Shown here: positions 37,768 through 50,773 of the stretch, piece after piece
Numbering within the stretch: the first letter of the stretch is position 1
How the letters are laid out: every line of letters starts with the position of its first letter
Assembly (NCBI GenBank): GCA_043825735.1
Contig: JBDRRP010000064.1
Span: 1 to 64,000 of the forward strand
Direction of reading: 5' to 3'
DNA from: Pseudomonadota bacterium
GTDB taxonomy: Bacteria > Desulfobacterota > Desulfobacteria > Desulfobacterales > JBDRRP01
Length of the DNA: 64,000 nucleotides
Notes under the pieces: generated by a model
The model's input: the letters and a program-made list of their open reading frames with translations, nothing else
Database searches by the model: none
Told to the model about the DNA's origin: nothing
Position numbers and translations under genes: made by a program

Positions 37768-39691
37768 TTCCCGCCAGCAGATGGTCGATGTTCAGCAACT
37801 GCCGGACACGGCCTTCCACCTTAGCCATGGCCAGAATGTGCCGGGTGTCGATGGCGGTTCCGAAAAACGGGGTTGCCACAATGTCATTGGCCCGAATGGT
37901 GAGCACCTCCGAAACCGAGTCCACCGCCAGACCGATGAGATTCATCGCGCCTGCATGGCCGGTCTCAATAACGATAATACAAGTGCGCACATCGCCGGAC
38001 ACCGAGCCGATGTTAAAGCGCCGTTTGAGGTCCATCACCGGAACGACAGTGCCCCTCAGGTTGAACACGCCGGTGATGTAATCGGGGGACTGGGGCATGG
38101 ATCGGGTCTTCTGGGCGCCAATGATCTCTTTGATTCTTAAAATGTCGATGCCGTATTCCTGGGCCCCCAGACCGAAGGAAAGGTATTTCCCCTCCAGTCC
38201 GAGGTTGGACTTATCCCCGTCCAGCCTGATCGATGCTGACCGGTCGAGCAACTCGGCGGCACGCGCGTCACGGTCGTGAAGCACCGCAGCCGTGAAGCCA
38301 TTGCCTCTCCCCTCGCAGGCCGCGTCGGCAAAGCGGGTATCCACAAAGGCGTCCATATCCACCTGCGAGCCGATCCCCATGCGCCGGAACATATAGTCGT
38401 TCATCTGCTTGAGGCTCTCCACATCGGGATAGAGGTCACCGGTGCGGATCCCCCGGCGCTCTCTGAGCACATTTTTCAGGATAGGCACTTTGAGCCCCAG
38501 GGTCCCTTGAGGATCGAGAAACCGTACGGCGATTTCCGCCGCCATGTCCGGCTTTTTTTCCACGAACTGGCCGGCATCCACCAAAAGGTGCGTAAACTCG
38601 TGTGTGGCGGCGGCATATGGACCGATGAAATCCTCCCGCATGGCCACCACGCAACAGGGATGAGATTCCCACAGCTCGCTGGAAAGAAACTGTAGCTCGG
38701 CGATGCCGCCGGCGATCGCCTTGGTCCCCAGAGGCTCGGCCACCATGAATCCACCGGCCGAGGGGGTGGCCGCCAGAAACTCGGGCATCTTGATGGGCGC
38801 CACGATTTCAAAATGGACGTCACTCTCTCCCTCGCCCACCATACCGGGATTAAGACCGATATTGCTGAAAAAGAGGTGGGCCAGCATGTGGTGGACGCTC
38901 ATCTTGTGGGGGATGTAAAAAGTCTTGCCCTTGAAAAATTCGGCATAGGGCGCCCGGAAATCACCGGTCCGGTTGCGAACAAAAATGCTGCCGCTCTTGT
39001 GCGCCAGCAGAGTCAACCGGATGGGCGTGCCCACACTGAAAAGATCCATGGCGATGGGGGCCAGAATAAAGGCGGCATCCACGGCTCCGGTTTCCAGGGC
39101 ATTTTGCACCGGGTTCCAGCCGGCCATGCAGACCGTTTCGAGTTCGAAGTGCTCCGGGGCCACCAGCCCCTTTTCGATGTGGTGCTTTAAGGCGCCTAAA
39201 ATGATGTGGTCGGTGATCTGGATATGGGCCACTCGAAGCTTCACCTTGCCGTCGGCTGTCGTTCGTGGCCCACGGTCCACGATTGGCGCCCCGGCCCCCT
39301 CATCCCGGCCGAATGCCTCCTCGATCTTTTGCCGAAGCTCTTCCTCGTTGAACGGCTTGGCGACAAAGCTGCTCACACCGGCGTCAACGGCCTTTTGCAC
39401 CTGCTTCTTGTCGCCCTGCCCCGTCGCCATGAGAAACGGCAGCTCCGGCCATCGGCTTTCCGTCCGAAGCCAGGTGAGCAGCTCCAGGCCGTCGCGGTTG
39501 GGCATATTCCAGTCGCTGATGATGAGGTCTACCGGCGCGCCGCCCTCCAGATGGGTGATGGCCCCGTTACCGTCGCTGGCTTCGGCGATGTTCACGAACC
39601 CCAGCTTGCGCAGGGTCTTGATTTCAATTTTGCGCATCACGGGCGCATCTTCCACCAACAGGATACGTGCGGTCTTCGGATCGACGGTCAT
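37742..39691 (-). CDS. CheY-like receiver + NrtA/CmpA/NasS-type substrate-binding domain + CheW fusion
   Basis: REC: ILLVED, ISDWNMP, MATG, KPF. NrtA-type: QITDH, W......L..G.VDAA.ILAP, SVHHML, MVAEP, W..HPCC. CheW: YLSF.LG..EYGI.I..IKEI, GV.NLRG.VVPV.DL. Confidence 0.88.
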   Translation of the reverse strand: MTVDPKTARILLVEDAPVMRKIEIKTLRKLGFVNIAEASDGNGAITHLEGGAPVDLIISDWNMPNRDGLELLTWLRTESRWPELPFLMATGQGDKKQVQKAVDAGVSSFVAKPFNEEELRQKIEEAFGRDEGAGAPIVDRGPRTTADGKVKLRVAHIQITDHIILGALKHHIEKGLVAPEHFELETVCMAGWNPVQNALETGAVDAAFILAPIAMDLFSVGTPIRLTLLAHKSGSIFVRNRTGDFRAPYAEFFKGKTFYIPHKMSVHHMLAHLFFSNIGLNPGMVGEGESDVHFEIVAPIKMPEFLAATPSAGGFMVAEPLGTKAIAGGIAELQFLSSELWESHPCCVVAMREDFIGPYAAATHEFTHLLVDAGQFVEKKPDMAAEIAVRFLDPQGTLGLKVPILKNVLRERRGIRTGDLYPDVESLKQMNDYMFRRMGIGSQVDMDAFVDTRFADAACEGRGNGFTAAVLHDRDARAAELLDRSASIRLDGDKSNLGLEGKYLSFGLGAQEYGIDILRIKEIIGAQKTRSMPQSPDYITGVFNLRGTVVPVMDLKRRFNIGSVSGDVRTCIIVIETGHAGAMNLIGLAVDSVSEVLTIRANDIVATPFFGTAIDTRHILAMAKVEGRVRQLLNIDHLLAGSEVHRAAA

Positions 39692-39845
39692 GACATGCCC
39701 TTCGGGTACGGCGGTGGTTTATTGGCAGTTGACGACCACAGAGGGTGGTCTACGCTCGGGATGTCCCGGATAATCATCCATGTTCAGAAGGATTATCGGC
39801 GCCGCAGGGGAAGACTTTAGCCAAACCGTGCCGTGGTGATCACAA

Positions 39846-42128
39846 TCAGCCGATAGGGACCGATTGTTGCCGCAACAGCTGCTGCATGCCGCCAAGCGTG
39901 GTTTCAGCCAAAAGCGCGTGGGCCCGCGACCGTGCATCGGCGAGGGACAGGTTGGCGATGGTCTTTTGCACCGCCGGCAAAAACTGGGGATCCACACTGA
40001 GGCTCCGGATCCCGATGCCGAGGAAAAAAGGTATAAATCGGATGTCATGAGCCATTTCGCCACAAACAGAAATGGGTGTGCCCGCTGCCATAGCGGCTGC
40101 GGCGATACGATGGATGGCGCGCAGCACTGCCGGGTGATCGGCCCTGTAGTATGCCGCCACGGTGTCGTTGGACCGGTCCACACCCAGGAGGTACTGAACA
40201 AAATCATTGGTTCCCACTGAAAAAAAATCCACCTCGGCGGCAAAGGCATCCATCAGTTCGACAACGGCCGGCAACTCCACCATCATCCCGAGAGCCGGTC
40301 GCGGGTGATGGAGAAACCCCTCGCGGTCGAGTTCCATAGCCGCGTCAGTCACGGCCTGGCGTGCAGCACGAAAATCGTCCAGGGAACCGATCATGGGAAA
40401 CATGATCCCCAGTTCAGCCGTGGGGGGTGCCGCCCTCAAAATGGCCCTCAGTTGCTGGCGAAAGAGATCCGGCATACTCAGAGAAAACCGGATGGAGCGC
40501 AGCCCCAGTTCCGGATTGTTTTCCTTGAAGCTGTTCAGATAGGGCAGGACTTTTTCGCCCCCGATGTCCAGGGTGCGAATAGTCACCGGCCGTCGTTCCA
40601 TTCGGTCGAAGAGCTTGCGGTAGACCTGCACCTGCTCTTCCTCCGAAGGAAACGCCGCACGCACCAGAAAGGGAAACTCCGTGCGGTAGAGCCCGACGCC
40701 TTCGGCCTTCAGCTGAAGGGCGGTATCCAGCTCAGCCAGCAAGTTGATATTGGCCATGAGGTGGACCCGGTGCCCGTCAGTGGTACGGGTTTCCGGCAGC
40801 GTGTCACCGGCATGACGCACGGCATCGCGTGCCACGCGATCCTTGCCCTCGAACTGGCGGATCGTCTTTTCGGTTGGACGAATGTAAAGATTGCCCATGT
40901 CTGCATCCATGAGCACAGAGGTCCCCTCCGGCAGGGTCAACAGCTCCGGCCGGTGGGCGATCACCAGGGGAATCTGCAAAGAACGCGCGATAATGGACAC
41001 ATGGGAGGTAATCCCCCCGCTGACCAGAATGATGCCTTCCACCTGATCCACGGCTAGTTTGAGAATATCGGAGGGAAAAAGCTCCCGGGCGATGACGATG
41101 TGCCCCACGGCGGCGGTATCGACGGAGGTCGCATCCGCCTTGAGGTTTCGCAGCAGTCGCCTGGCCAGGTCTTCGATATCCTGCGATTTCTCTCTCAGGT
41201 AAGCATGAGCGCTGGCAGTAAACCGTGCCATGTAATGACGGGCCACGGTAATTACGGCATTGGCAGTGGCCTCGCCGTCCGCGATCCGGCGCTCGATCTC
41301 CGCAGTGAACCGAGGATCTTTTAAAATCATGAAATGGGCTTCAAAAATGAGGGCTGCCGATTCCGGCAGTCGCCGCGTCAATTGGGACTGCAGGTGGCGC
41401 AGCTGGGCTTGCGTTTCCGACAATGCCCGACGCAGCCCGTCGACACCGGATACATAGTCGGTCAGCGAAGCGTCAACGTCCAGGGGGGGATGGGCCGTGG
41501 CATAAATTAGAACCGGCGCTCGGGCAAACCCCGGGGCGGCTGATTCTCCCCGAATGAACAGCATGTCCCCGTCCATGGACTGGACCGGGTCAGGCTGGGA
41601 AATCCGTGCAAAGTGCATGACGAGCCGGGCATTTTCGATAGCACCGGCCATTTGGGAGGCGATGGCCTTGAGCGCCATGGCGTCCATCTCGCTGAAATAT
41701 TCCGGGTCCGCTTTTTGAACCACCAGCACACCGATGTTCTCCGCGCCCCGACGGATAGGGACGGAGAGAAAACTGTCGAAACGGTCTTCGCCGGCTTCTT
41801 CGAAATATTTGAATGCCGGATTCAGGTGCGCCCGCCCCTCCCGGACCGGCCGGGCGGTTTCCATGGTTTTGCCCACAAGCCCCTCGCCCATGCGCATGCG
41901 CACTACGCCCACCGCTTCGGGATTCAACCCCACTGTCGCCCTCAGCACCAGTTCATCCGCCGACGGATCCAGCAGGTAGATGGAGCCCACGTCCGCCTCC
42001 AGATGGCAGGCCACCAGCGCCACCGCCCGGTTGAGAAACTCCAGGATATCCGTCGTACCGGCAACCAGATCCGATAAGGCACCGATATCGCAAAGCAGGT
42101 TGAAATGTCCGTTTCGTTCATCGTTCAT
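39846..42128 (-). CDS. ptsP: Phosphoenolpyruvate-protein phosphotransferase with GAF domain (EI-Ntr)
   Basis: N-terminal GAF, GITSH phospho-His, GVGLYRTEF, RTLDIGG.K, FSVGTND and VCGEMA. Confidence 0.92.
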   Translation of the reverse strand: MNDERNGHFNLLCDIGALSDLVAGTTDILEFLNRAVALVACHLEADVGSIYLLDPSADELVLRATVGLNPEAVGVVRMRMGEGLVGKTMETARPVREGRAHLNPAFKYFEEAGEDRFDSFLSVPIRRGAENIGVLVVQKADPEYFSEMDAMALKAIASQMAGAIENARLVMHFARISQPDPVQSMDGDMLFIRGESAAPGFARAPVLIYATAHPPLDVDASLTDYVSGVDGLRRALSETQAQLRHLQSQLTRRLPESAALIFEAHFMILKDPRFTAEIERRIADGEATANAVITVARHYMARFTASAHAYLREKSQDIEDLARRLLRNLKADATSVDTAAVGHIVIARELFPSDILKLAVDQVEGIILVSGGITSHVSIIARSLQIPLVIAHRPELLTLPEGTSVLMDADMGNLYIRPTEKTIRQFEGKDRVARDAVRHAGDTLPETRTTDGHRVHLMANINLLAELDTALQLKAEGVGLYRTEFPFLVRAAFPSEEEQVQVYRKLFDRMERRPVTIRTLDIGGEKVLPYLNSFKENNPELGLRSIRFSLSMPDLFRQQLRAILRAAPPTAELGIMFPMIGSLDDFRAARQAVTDAAMELDREGFLHHPRPALGMMVELPAVVELMDAFAAEVDFFSVGTNDFVQYLLGVDRSNDTVAAYYRADHPAVLRAIHRIAAAAMAAGTPISVCGEMAHDIRFIPFFLGIGIRSLSVDPQFLPAVQKTIANLSLADARSRAHALLAETTLGGMQQLLRQQSVPIG

Positions 42129-42459
42129 AAAAGAAACTCCTATCTGATCACGGGCAATAGTAGGATATGCCGCACTTATGGCATCTCTTCAGCACAAAGC
42201 GTACCGAAATAAGCAAGCACTCGCCAGCGCGGATGACAACAGGGTTTGCAGGGGGCTCCGGCGAAATCCCCGGCAAAGAACCGAGAGCGGCCTCCCAACA
42301 TATTTCAAATATGCAATTTATAAGACATACAATAACATATTTGTATTTTATATTTACCTCACTGTTAACGCCATTGCATATGGAATCAACCGGCGGGGAA
42401 TTATTTTCAATAATAATTACAATTCCATAAAATGGAAATCGGCATGCACGGCGCGCCGG

Positions 42460-42475
42460 TGGCACGACCATTGCG
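42460..42475 (+). promoter_or_regulatory. sigma54 promoter of the first PII gene
   Basis: TGGCACGACCATTGCG. Confidence 0.85.
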
Positions 42476-42493
42476 CTACCGTTGGCATTGTAA

Positions 42494-42877
<384 letters not shown>

Positions 42878-43308
42878 AAAGAAGTGCCGATTCGCGTGAC
42901 GCCGGCGGGACGATAGAGATCGTCGTCCCGTCGGTGGATTTCGATGCGAACAAGCAAAAAATACACTATTGTATTTTTCCAAAAAGAGCCCGCCCTTCAC
43001 GCCTTCAAGCGCGGATATGCCCCACTGGCATTGCGCAAACGCCGATAACTGTCAGCGAAGGCACACCATCGTGCACTGGCCCGTTTAATTCAGCAAGATA
43101 CCCGAGTAGCGCGCGGTTAGCGCGCAATGGCGCTTCCAACACGTGACGCGTAACAGGATGTGCCCAAAAATCAGTTAAAATACTATTGCCGCGCAACCCC
43201 ATTATCAACTAGAATAAAGAACCAATGATACAAATATGTAATTTATTCCCGGTGTTTTATTACTGAATTGTCATAATACAGCACCCCGCCGGCAACCGTC
43301 GGAATTTA

Positions 43309-43366
43309 TAACTGACTGATATATAACAATATTTTAACATATTTGCGGTCTGGCATGTGATTTGCC
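43309..43366 (+). promoter_or_regulatory. sigma54 promoter of glnD-amtB-glnK-glnA with a candidate IHF site
   Basis: TGGCATGTGATTTGCC at 43351-43366; minus-strand TATCAGTCAGTTA at 43321-43309. Confidence 0.8.
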
Positions 43367-43417
43367 ATTACTTTGGCTAATCATACAGAATACACAAAAA
43401 CCCATTTAGGGTCGGGA

Positions 43418-46075
43418 ATGACACCACAACAAGCTATAATAGCACCGCTCAATGCGAAAGCGCCCACGGAATTGGCTCAGCATCGATCCCTACTGGTGGC
43501 ATCATTTCTATCCGGGGATACGTCTGGCTTCCTTCAAAAATGCGCCCGCCAGCTGGATGATTATTTTCGTGAAAGCTTTGCCGAAAGCATGATCGGCCCC
43601 CGCATCGGTCTTACCCGAAACCCCTATGCCATTATCGCACTGGGGGGCTACGGCCGGGAGGAACAATGCGCGCACTCTGACGTTGACCTGCTGTTTTTAT
43701 TTGACCGCCAGGTCCCTCCGGCAGCCGAAGAATTGATCCGCGAAGTGGTCTACCCGCTCTGGGATATCGGGCTGGAGGTGGGGCATGCCACCCGATCTTT
43801 CAAAGAGTGCATGGCCCTGGCATCCAAAGACTACGAGGTACTCACCTCCGTGCTGGATGCCCGGTTCATCTGCGGCGTCTCTCCGCTTTACACCAAACTG
43901 ACAGAGCACCTGAGACAAAAACTCCTCGCGCGCCAGTCGCGGAAAATCATCGACTGGCTCATCGAAACCAATACCCTGCGTCATGAGCGCTTCGGTGACT
44001 CGGCCTATTTGTTGGAACCCAATCTCAAAGAAGGCTGCGGCGGCCTCAGGGATTACCATACGATGCTGTGGATCGCCCGGATCCGGGCAGGGATCAAGCA
44101 ACCCCGGGATCTTGAATACCTGGGGCTCCTTTCTCACGAAGAATACACGCGTCTTTCCGGCGCCCTCGAATTCATCTGGCAGGTGCGAAACCACCTGCAT
44201 ATCAGGGCCGCTCGCAAATGCGACCAACTCCAGTTTGATCATCAGACCGCCATCGCCGATATCATGGGTTTTACGGCCCAGAACGACCAGCAGCCAGTCG
44301 AACGGTTTCTGGGACGGCTCCACAGACACATGGAAACCCTTAAACTGCAGCACCTCATGTTTCTCTATGAAATGGGGCACGTGAAATCGCGGCGTTTTCT
44401 CAGAAAACGGCAGAAACACACCGCGGTGGAAGGTCTCACCATCGCAGGAGACAATATTCTGCAGTTCGTATCGCCGGAAGCCATCCGTGACAACCCGAAA
44501 CGGCTGATCTGGATTTTCGAAGAAAGCGCCCGGTTGAAAATTCCACTGGGCACCGAAGCCAAACGACTGGTGCGCGATTTCGGAGAACGCGTCGATGAGG
44601 CGTTTCGTACCGACCCGGAAGTCATCCAATCATTTGAACGCATCCTTGCCACACCGGTCCCTGAATTCAACGTACTCAACGAGATGCACAACACCGGTTT
44701 TCTCTTTAACCTGATACCGGAAATGAAGGCCATCGAAGACCGCATCCAATATGACGAGTACCACCTGTTTCCGGTCGACAAACACTCGCTGCGTGCGGTT
44801 CAGACCCTTAAAACCTTCGGCACCCCGGAAAGCCTGGCCAAAGACCCCCTGTGCGACACCATCTACAAAGAGCTCAAGCACCGCAAGCGACTCCTGTGGG
44901 CCACGCTGCTTCACGACATCGGCAAAGGTGTGCCCGGTGGCGGTCACTCGGAAAAAGGGGCGGCCATCGTCACCGACCTGATGACGCGACGAGGCTACAA
45001 CACCACGGACATCGACACGGTCACTTTTCTGGTCCGCCAGCACCTGCTGCTGGTGAAAGTGGCTACCCGGCGGGATATCAACGATGAGGAAACCGCCATC
45101 GTCTGCGCGCGGACCATCAAGAGTGTGGACCGCCTCAAAATGCTCTACCTGCTCAGCGTCGCAGACTCTATTGCTACAGGCCCCAAAGCATGGAATGCCT
45201 GGATGTCTGCACTGATCAGGGCGCTCTTTTTAAAAGTGCTCAACATTCTTGAAAACGGGGAGCTGGCCAGCCAGGAGACGATGAAATCCCTGGAGCGCAA
45301 GAAAAACTATATTGCGGATACCGCTACGACACCGGAAGAACGCGCCGACATTGAGCGGTTATTATCGGTCATGTCGCCGCGATATCTCATCTATGCCGAC
45401 CCCGGTCAAATGGCAGATCACATTCGCCTTCACCGCGAGCTGGGTGACCGGGATTTTGTCTGGCAGGTCGACCGCTCCAGCGGTGTCGGCACCCGGACGG
45501 TGACGGTCTGCGCGAAGGACCGCCCTGGCCTGTTTTCAAAAATCGCCGGTGTGTTCACCCTCCACAACATCAACATCCTGGACGTCCAGGTCTTCACCTG
45601 GCGAAACAACGTTGCACTGGACATTTTTGAGGTCGACCCGCCGCCGGACCCCATCTTTGAATACGAGCGATGGGCCAAGGCGGAAAAGAGTCTGGCAGAT
45701 GCCTTGGCAGGACGACTCGATTTGGCAACGGCACTGACTGAAACCCTCAGCCAGCGCATTCCGCGCCTGCCGGCAGCCATGGATCGACCGCTGCGGGTGA
45801 CCATCAACAATGACAGCTCGAGTTTTTTTACGATCATCGAAGTCTTCGCCAACGATTTCCCGGGATTGCTGTTCACCATCACCGACGCGCTGTTCCGGTG
45901 TCGACTGGATGTCTGGGTGGCCAAGATCGCCACACGGGTGGATCAGGTCGTAGATGTCTTCTACGTGAGGGATTTCGATGGGCAAAAAGTCGACGCTCCG
46001 GAGCAGGTAGCTTCCATTAGAACCATTATTGAAGAAGTCCTTGGTGGTGCGGCCATGCGACCCGGCCGGGCGTGA
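43418..46075 (+). CDS. glnD: PII uridylyltransferase/uridylyl-removing enzyme
   Basis: ALGGYGR..SDVDL, LEPNLKEG.GGLRD, HD domain LLHDIGKG and two ACT domains. ATG 43418 is preferred because it lies downstream of the sigma54 promoter. Confidence 0.93.
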   Translation: MTPQQAIIAPLNAKAPTELAQHRSLLVASFLSGDTSGFLQKCARQLDDYFRESFAESMIGPRIGLTRNPYAIIALGGYGREEQCAHSDVDLLFLFDRQVPPAAEELIREVVYPLWDIGLEVGHATRSFKECMALASKDYEVLTSVLDARFICGVSPLYTKLTEHLRQKLLARQSRKIIDWLIETNTLRHERFGDSAYLLEPNLKEGCGGLRDYHTMLWIARIRAGIKQPRDLEYLGLLSHEEYTRLSGALEFIWQVRNHLHIRAARKCDQLQFDHQTAIADIMGFTAQNDQQPVERFLGRLHRHMETLKLQHLMFLYEMGHVKSRRFLRKRQKHTAVEGLTIAGDNILQFVSPEAIRDNPKRLIWIFEESARLKIPLGTEAKRLVRDFGERVDEAFRTDPEVIQSFERILATPVPEFNVLNEMHNTGFLFNLIPEMKAIEDRIQYDEYHLFPVDKHSLRAVQTLKTFGTPESLAKDPLCDTIYKELKHRKRLLWATLLHDIGKGVPGGGHSEKGAAIVTDLMTRRGYNTTDIDTVTFLVRQHLLLVKVATRRDINDEETAIVCARTIKSVDRLKMLYLLSVADSIATGPKAWNAWMSALIRALFLKVLNILENGELASQETMKSLERKKNYIADTATTPEERADIERLLSVMSPRYLIYADPGQMADHIRLHRELGDRDFVWQVDRSSGVGTRTVTVCAKDRPGLFSKIAGVFTLHNINILDVQVFTWRNNVALDIFEVDPPPDPIFEYERWAKAEKSLADALAGRLDLATALTETLSQRIPRLPAAMDRPLRVTINNDSSSFFTIIEVFANDFPGLLFTITDALFRCRLDVWVAKIATRVDQVVDVFYVRDFDGQKVDAPEQVASIRTIIEEVLGGAAMRPGRA

Positions 46076-46146
46076 GCGCTCCACCTATAAAAGAAACCTG
46101 CCGCGATTTCACCCGCGGTAAAAACAATGGAAAGGTAGCTTGTGAT

Positions 46147-47816
<1,670 letters not shown>

Positions 47817-47882
47817 GAACAGAAGCGATAACCATGTTTATGGATCACGTTAATTTTACATTAGGTTAAAGGAGGCATGCAC

Positions 47883-49295
47883 ATGACACCCGAACAAGTA
47901 TTAGATTTTGCAAAGGAAAACGGCGCCAAGACGGTCGATATCCGGTTCATGGACTTCCCGGGCATCTGGCAGCATTTCACTGTCCCCGTGAACGAGCTGG
48001 AGGCGGGCTCCTTCGACGACGGGTTCGGCTTCGACGGCTCCAGTATCCGGGGCTGGCAGCCCATCAACGCCAGCGACATGCTGGTGGTCCCCGACCCCAC
48101 TACCGCTGTCATGGATCCCTTCTTCGAAGTCCCCACCCTGGTGCTCATCGGCAACATCGTCGATCCCATCACCCGGGAGTCCTATTCCCGGGATCCCCGT
48201 CATATCGCCCAAAAAGCGGAAGCCTACCTTAAAAACACCGGCATCGGCGATACCGCGTACTTCGGCCCCGAGGCCGAGTTCTTCATTTTCGACGATATCC
48301 GTTTCGAGTCTAGTACCAATGGGGCTTTCTATGCCATCGACTCGGTGGAGGCCGCCTGGAACACCGGCAGGGACGAGTGCCCCAATCTGGGCTACAAGAC
48401 CCGCCACAAGGAAGGCTATGTTCCGGTGCCGCCCACCGACAAGTTCCAGGATTTGCGCACCGAAATGATGCTGACCCTGGAGAAGATCGGCATCGCCGTC
48501 GAACGCCAGCACCACGAGGTGGCCACCGCCGGACAGGCCGAAATCGACATGCGCTTCAAATCGCTGGTGCAGATGGGCGATCAGCTCGTGTGGTTCAAGT
48601 ATATTCTCAAGAACGTGGCCAACCGAGCCGGCCATACGGTCACCTTCATGCCCAAACCGTTGTACGGGGACAACGGCACCGGCATGCACACGCACATCAG
48701 CATCTGGAAGGATGGAAACCCGCTGTTCGCCGGTGACAAATACGCCGGTGTCTCCCAGATGGCCCTCTGGGCCATCGGCGGCATCCTCAAGCACTGCAAG
48801 GCCATCTGCGCCATCACCAACCCCACCACCAACAGCTACAAGCGTCTGGTACCGGGCTTCGAGGCGCCGGTGAATCTCGCCTACTCCAGCCGGAACCGCA
48901 GCGCGGCCATCCGCATTCCCATGTACTCCCCCTCGCCCAAGGCCAAACGGATCGAATTCCGCACGCCCGATCCGTCGTGCAATGGCTACATCGCATTTGC
49001 CGCAATGCTCATGGCCGCCATCGACGGCATCGAAAACAAGATCGACCCGGGCGATCCGCTGGACAAGAACATCTACGATCTGCCGCCTGAAGAGCTTGCC
49101 GGCATCCCCTCGGCACCGGGCTCCCTGGAAGAGGCCCTCGCCGCCCTGAAAGAAGACCATGAGTTCCTGCTCAAGGGCGATGTCTTCACCAAGGATGTCA
49201 TCGACATGTGGATCGACTACAAGACGGAAAATGAAGTCAACCCGGTCCGGCTGCGCCCGCATCCCCACGAGTTCTTCCTCTACTACGATATTTAA
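47883..49295 (+). CDS. glnA: Glutamine synthetase type I
   Basis: [48 protein letters not shown] and the adenylylation site NIYDLPP. Confidence 0.97.
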   Translation: MTPEQVLDFAKENGAKTVDIRFMDFPGIWQHFTVPVNELEAGSFDDGFGFDGSSIRGWQPINASDMLVVPDPTTAVMDPFFEVPTLVLIGNIVDPITRESYSRDPRHIAQKAEAYLKNTGIGDTAYFGPEAEFFIFDDIRFESSTNGAFYAIDSVEAAWNTGRDECPNLGYKTRHKEGYVPVPPTDKFQDLRTEMMLTLEKIGIAVERQHHEVATAGQAEIDMRFKSLVQMGDQLVWFKYILKNVANRAGHTVTFMPKPLYGDNGTGMHTHISIWKDGNPLFAGDKYAGVSQMALWAIGGILKHCKAICAITNPTTNSYKRLVPGFEAPVNLAYSSRNRSAAIRIPMYSPSPKAKRIEFRTPDPSCNGYIAFAAMLMAAIDGIENKIDPGDPLDKNIYDLPPEELAGIPSAPGSLEEALAALKEDHEFLLKGDVFTKDVIDMWIDYKTENEVNPVRLRPHPHEFFLYYDI

Positions 49296-49319
49296 TCGAC
49301 CTCCGGCCGACTAAATAAT

Positions 49320-49360
49320 AAAGCCTGTGCGGGCAATGCCCGCACAGGCTTTTTCTTTTT
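49320..49360. terminator. Intrinsic terminator after glnA
   Basis: AAAGCCTGTGCGGGC-AAT-GCCCGCACAGGCTTT followed by a T-rich tract. Confidence 0.9.
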
Positions 49361-49402
49361 CATAAAAATCGTTACCCGGGGCTGTTTCCGGGCAACGATT
49401 TT

Positions 49403-50731
49403 TTATCGGCGACGCCGGAGCCGTTCGATGGCCATGCTGAGGCTGGTCTGCATGCGGCCGATGGCCTGTGCCAGATTGCCGATTTCGTCCTTGGACTTCA
49501 CTTTGATCTCGATGTTCAACTCGCCCATGCTCATGCGCTCGGCGATGTCCGTCAGCTCGTTGATGGGCCGGGTAATTGAACGCCCAGCCAGATAGGCGAC
49601 AAACAATACCAGCAGCACTGTCAAACCGAGCAGGTAGAACGCAAAACGTTCGGCACTGCGGTGGGCGGCAAATACTTCCTCGGCCGACTGCTGCATGGCC
49701 AGTATCCAACCATATTTGTTGCCCCGGACATGCCCCTGATACGCGGTCCCATCTCCGTCGGTAAACGAAACGGATTCCGATCGCTTGTTTTGCTTGAAAT
49801 GCATGATAAGAGGATGATCGTTGAGCTTCTTTTGAGTCAGGACGTACTGGGGGATCTGGTGAGCCACCACCTTGCCGGTTTCGTCCACAAGAAAAGCATA
49901 ACCCGTGCTGCCTTTTCTCCAGGCCGCCACGGTTTTTGAAATATCGTCGATACTCATGGCTGCTGCCATCACGCCCACAAGCCGATCGCCTTGCTTGATG
50001 GGCACGGCAAGCACGAGCGCCGGCTTCTTGGATGTTTTCCCGATCAGTGTCTGCCAACTGACGTCCTTGCCGGCAGCGATTTCCTTATAATAATCCCGGT
50101 CGGCGTAATTGGTGAGCGGCTTTCCATCGTTGCGCGCAACATTCATGCCCTGGTCATCAAGCGTGAAAACCAGGTACATGTACGGATATGCTTGCTGAAA
50201 AGCTTTGAGAATCGGTTCCTGCATTTGGGAATTCATTGACTGAATGCCGGGGATATTGGAAGCCGCTTTCAAGGCGCTCAAATTCTTATCAAGCCACTCA
50301 TCGACCTGCTGCCCAAGACCTTGAGCCGTCTCACCCATGATGATCTCGGTATCGCCCAGGATGCGGTCCCGGGTCGACTGAAAGGTCAGGCCCAGAAATA
50401 AGACGAAAGGCAGCAAACTGACCAACAGCATGATGGTCACAACTTTAAAGGTCAGTCCGAAACGCACTTTTTTCGCGCCGATGGCCCGAGCTGCCGGTGA
50501 AGGCGCGGTCGGCTCAGGAGAGGGCTCAGGAGACGGCTCAGGAGGCGGCTCAGGAGGCGGCAGCGGGGACAATGGTGCGGCAGCCGGCTCATCCACTGGG
50601 TCTTGACCCGGCTTGATGACGGTGATGGCATTGTCGCAGGCCTTGCATTTTAGATTACTGACCCGTTTCCTGAGCTTGGTGTCGTCGATGCGATATTGCT
50701 TACCACAGTTGCCACACGTAATTTCCATCAT
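49403..50731 (-). CDS. Zinc-ribbon - Pro-rich linker - TM - dCache - TM - HAMP protein with no output domain
   Basis: CGNC...CKAC, PEP repeats, YADRDYY, GYAFLVD..G.VVAH and C-terminal HAMP (PI..L...A..MS.G.L...DEIG.LA.A..RM), then a stop. Confidence 0.85.
   Translation of the reverse strand: MMEITCGNCGKQYRIDDTKLRKRVSNLKCKACDNAITVIKPGQDPVDEPAAAPLSPLPPPEPPPEPSPEPSPEPTAPSPAARAIGAKKVRFGLTFKVVTIMLLVSLLPFVLFLGLTFQSTRDRILGDTEIIMGETAQGLGQQVDEWLDKNLSALKAASNIPGIQSMNSQMQEPILKAFQQAYPYMYLVFTLDDQGMNVARNDGKPLTNYADRDYYKEIAAGKDVSWQTLIGKTSKKPALVLAVPIKQGDRLVGVMAAAMSIDDISKTVAAWRKGSTGYAFLVDETGKVVAHQIPQYVLTQKKLNDHPLIMHFKQNKRSESVSFTDGDGTAYQGHVRGNKYGWILAMQQSAEEVFAAHRSAERFAFYLLGLTVLLVLFVAYLAGRSITRPINELTDIAERMSMGELNIEIKVKSKDEIGNLAQAIGRMQTSLSMAIERLRRRR
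50511..50558. repeat. 4 x 12-bp tandem repeat GGCTCAGGAGRS encoding a Pro-Glu-Pro linker
   Basis: Units start at 50511, 50523, 50535 and 50547. Confidence 0.9.
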
Positions 50732-50773
50732 AATAAGCACTCCTTGGGTTTCCCGTTATCAATGGCGGTGTCA

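Noticed and set aside
43000..43180. Canonical NtrC enhancer sites upstream of glnD
   Set aside because: Only partial matches with wrong spacing (for example GCAC-N6-GTGC), too weak to call.
47901..49268. Long antisense ORFs (also 18746-20071, 21747-23003, 25591-26835, 31685-32911)
   Set aside because: They are shadow frames of GC-rich genes with strong codon bias and carry no recognisable motifs.
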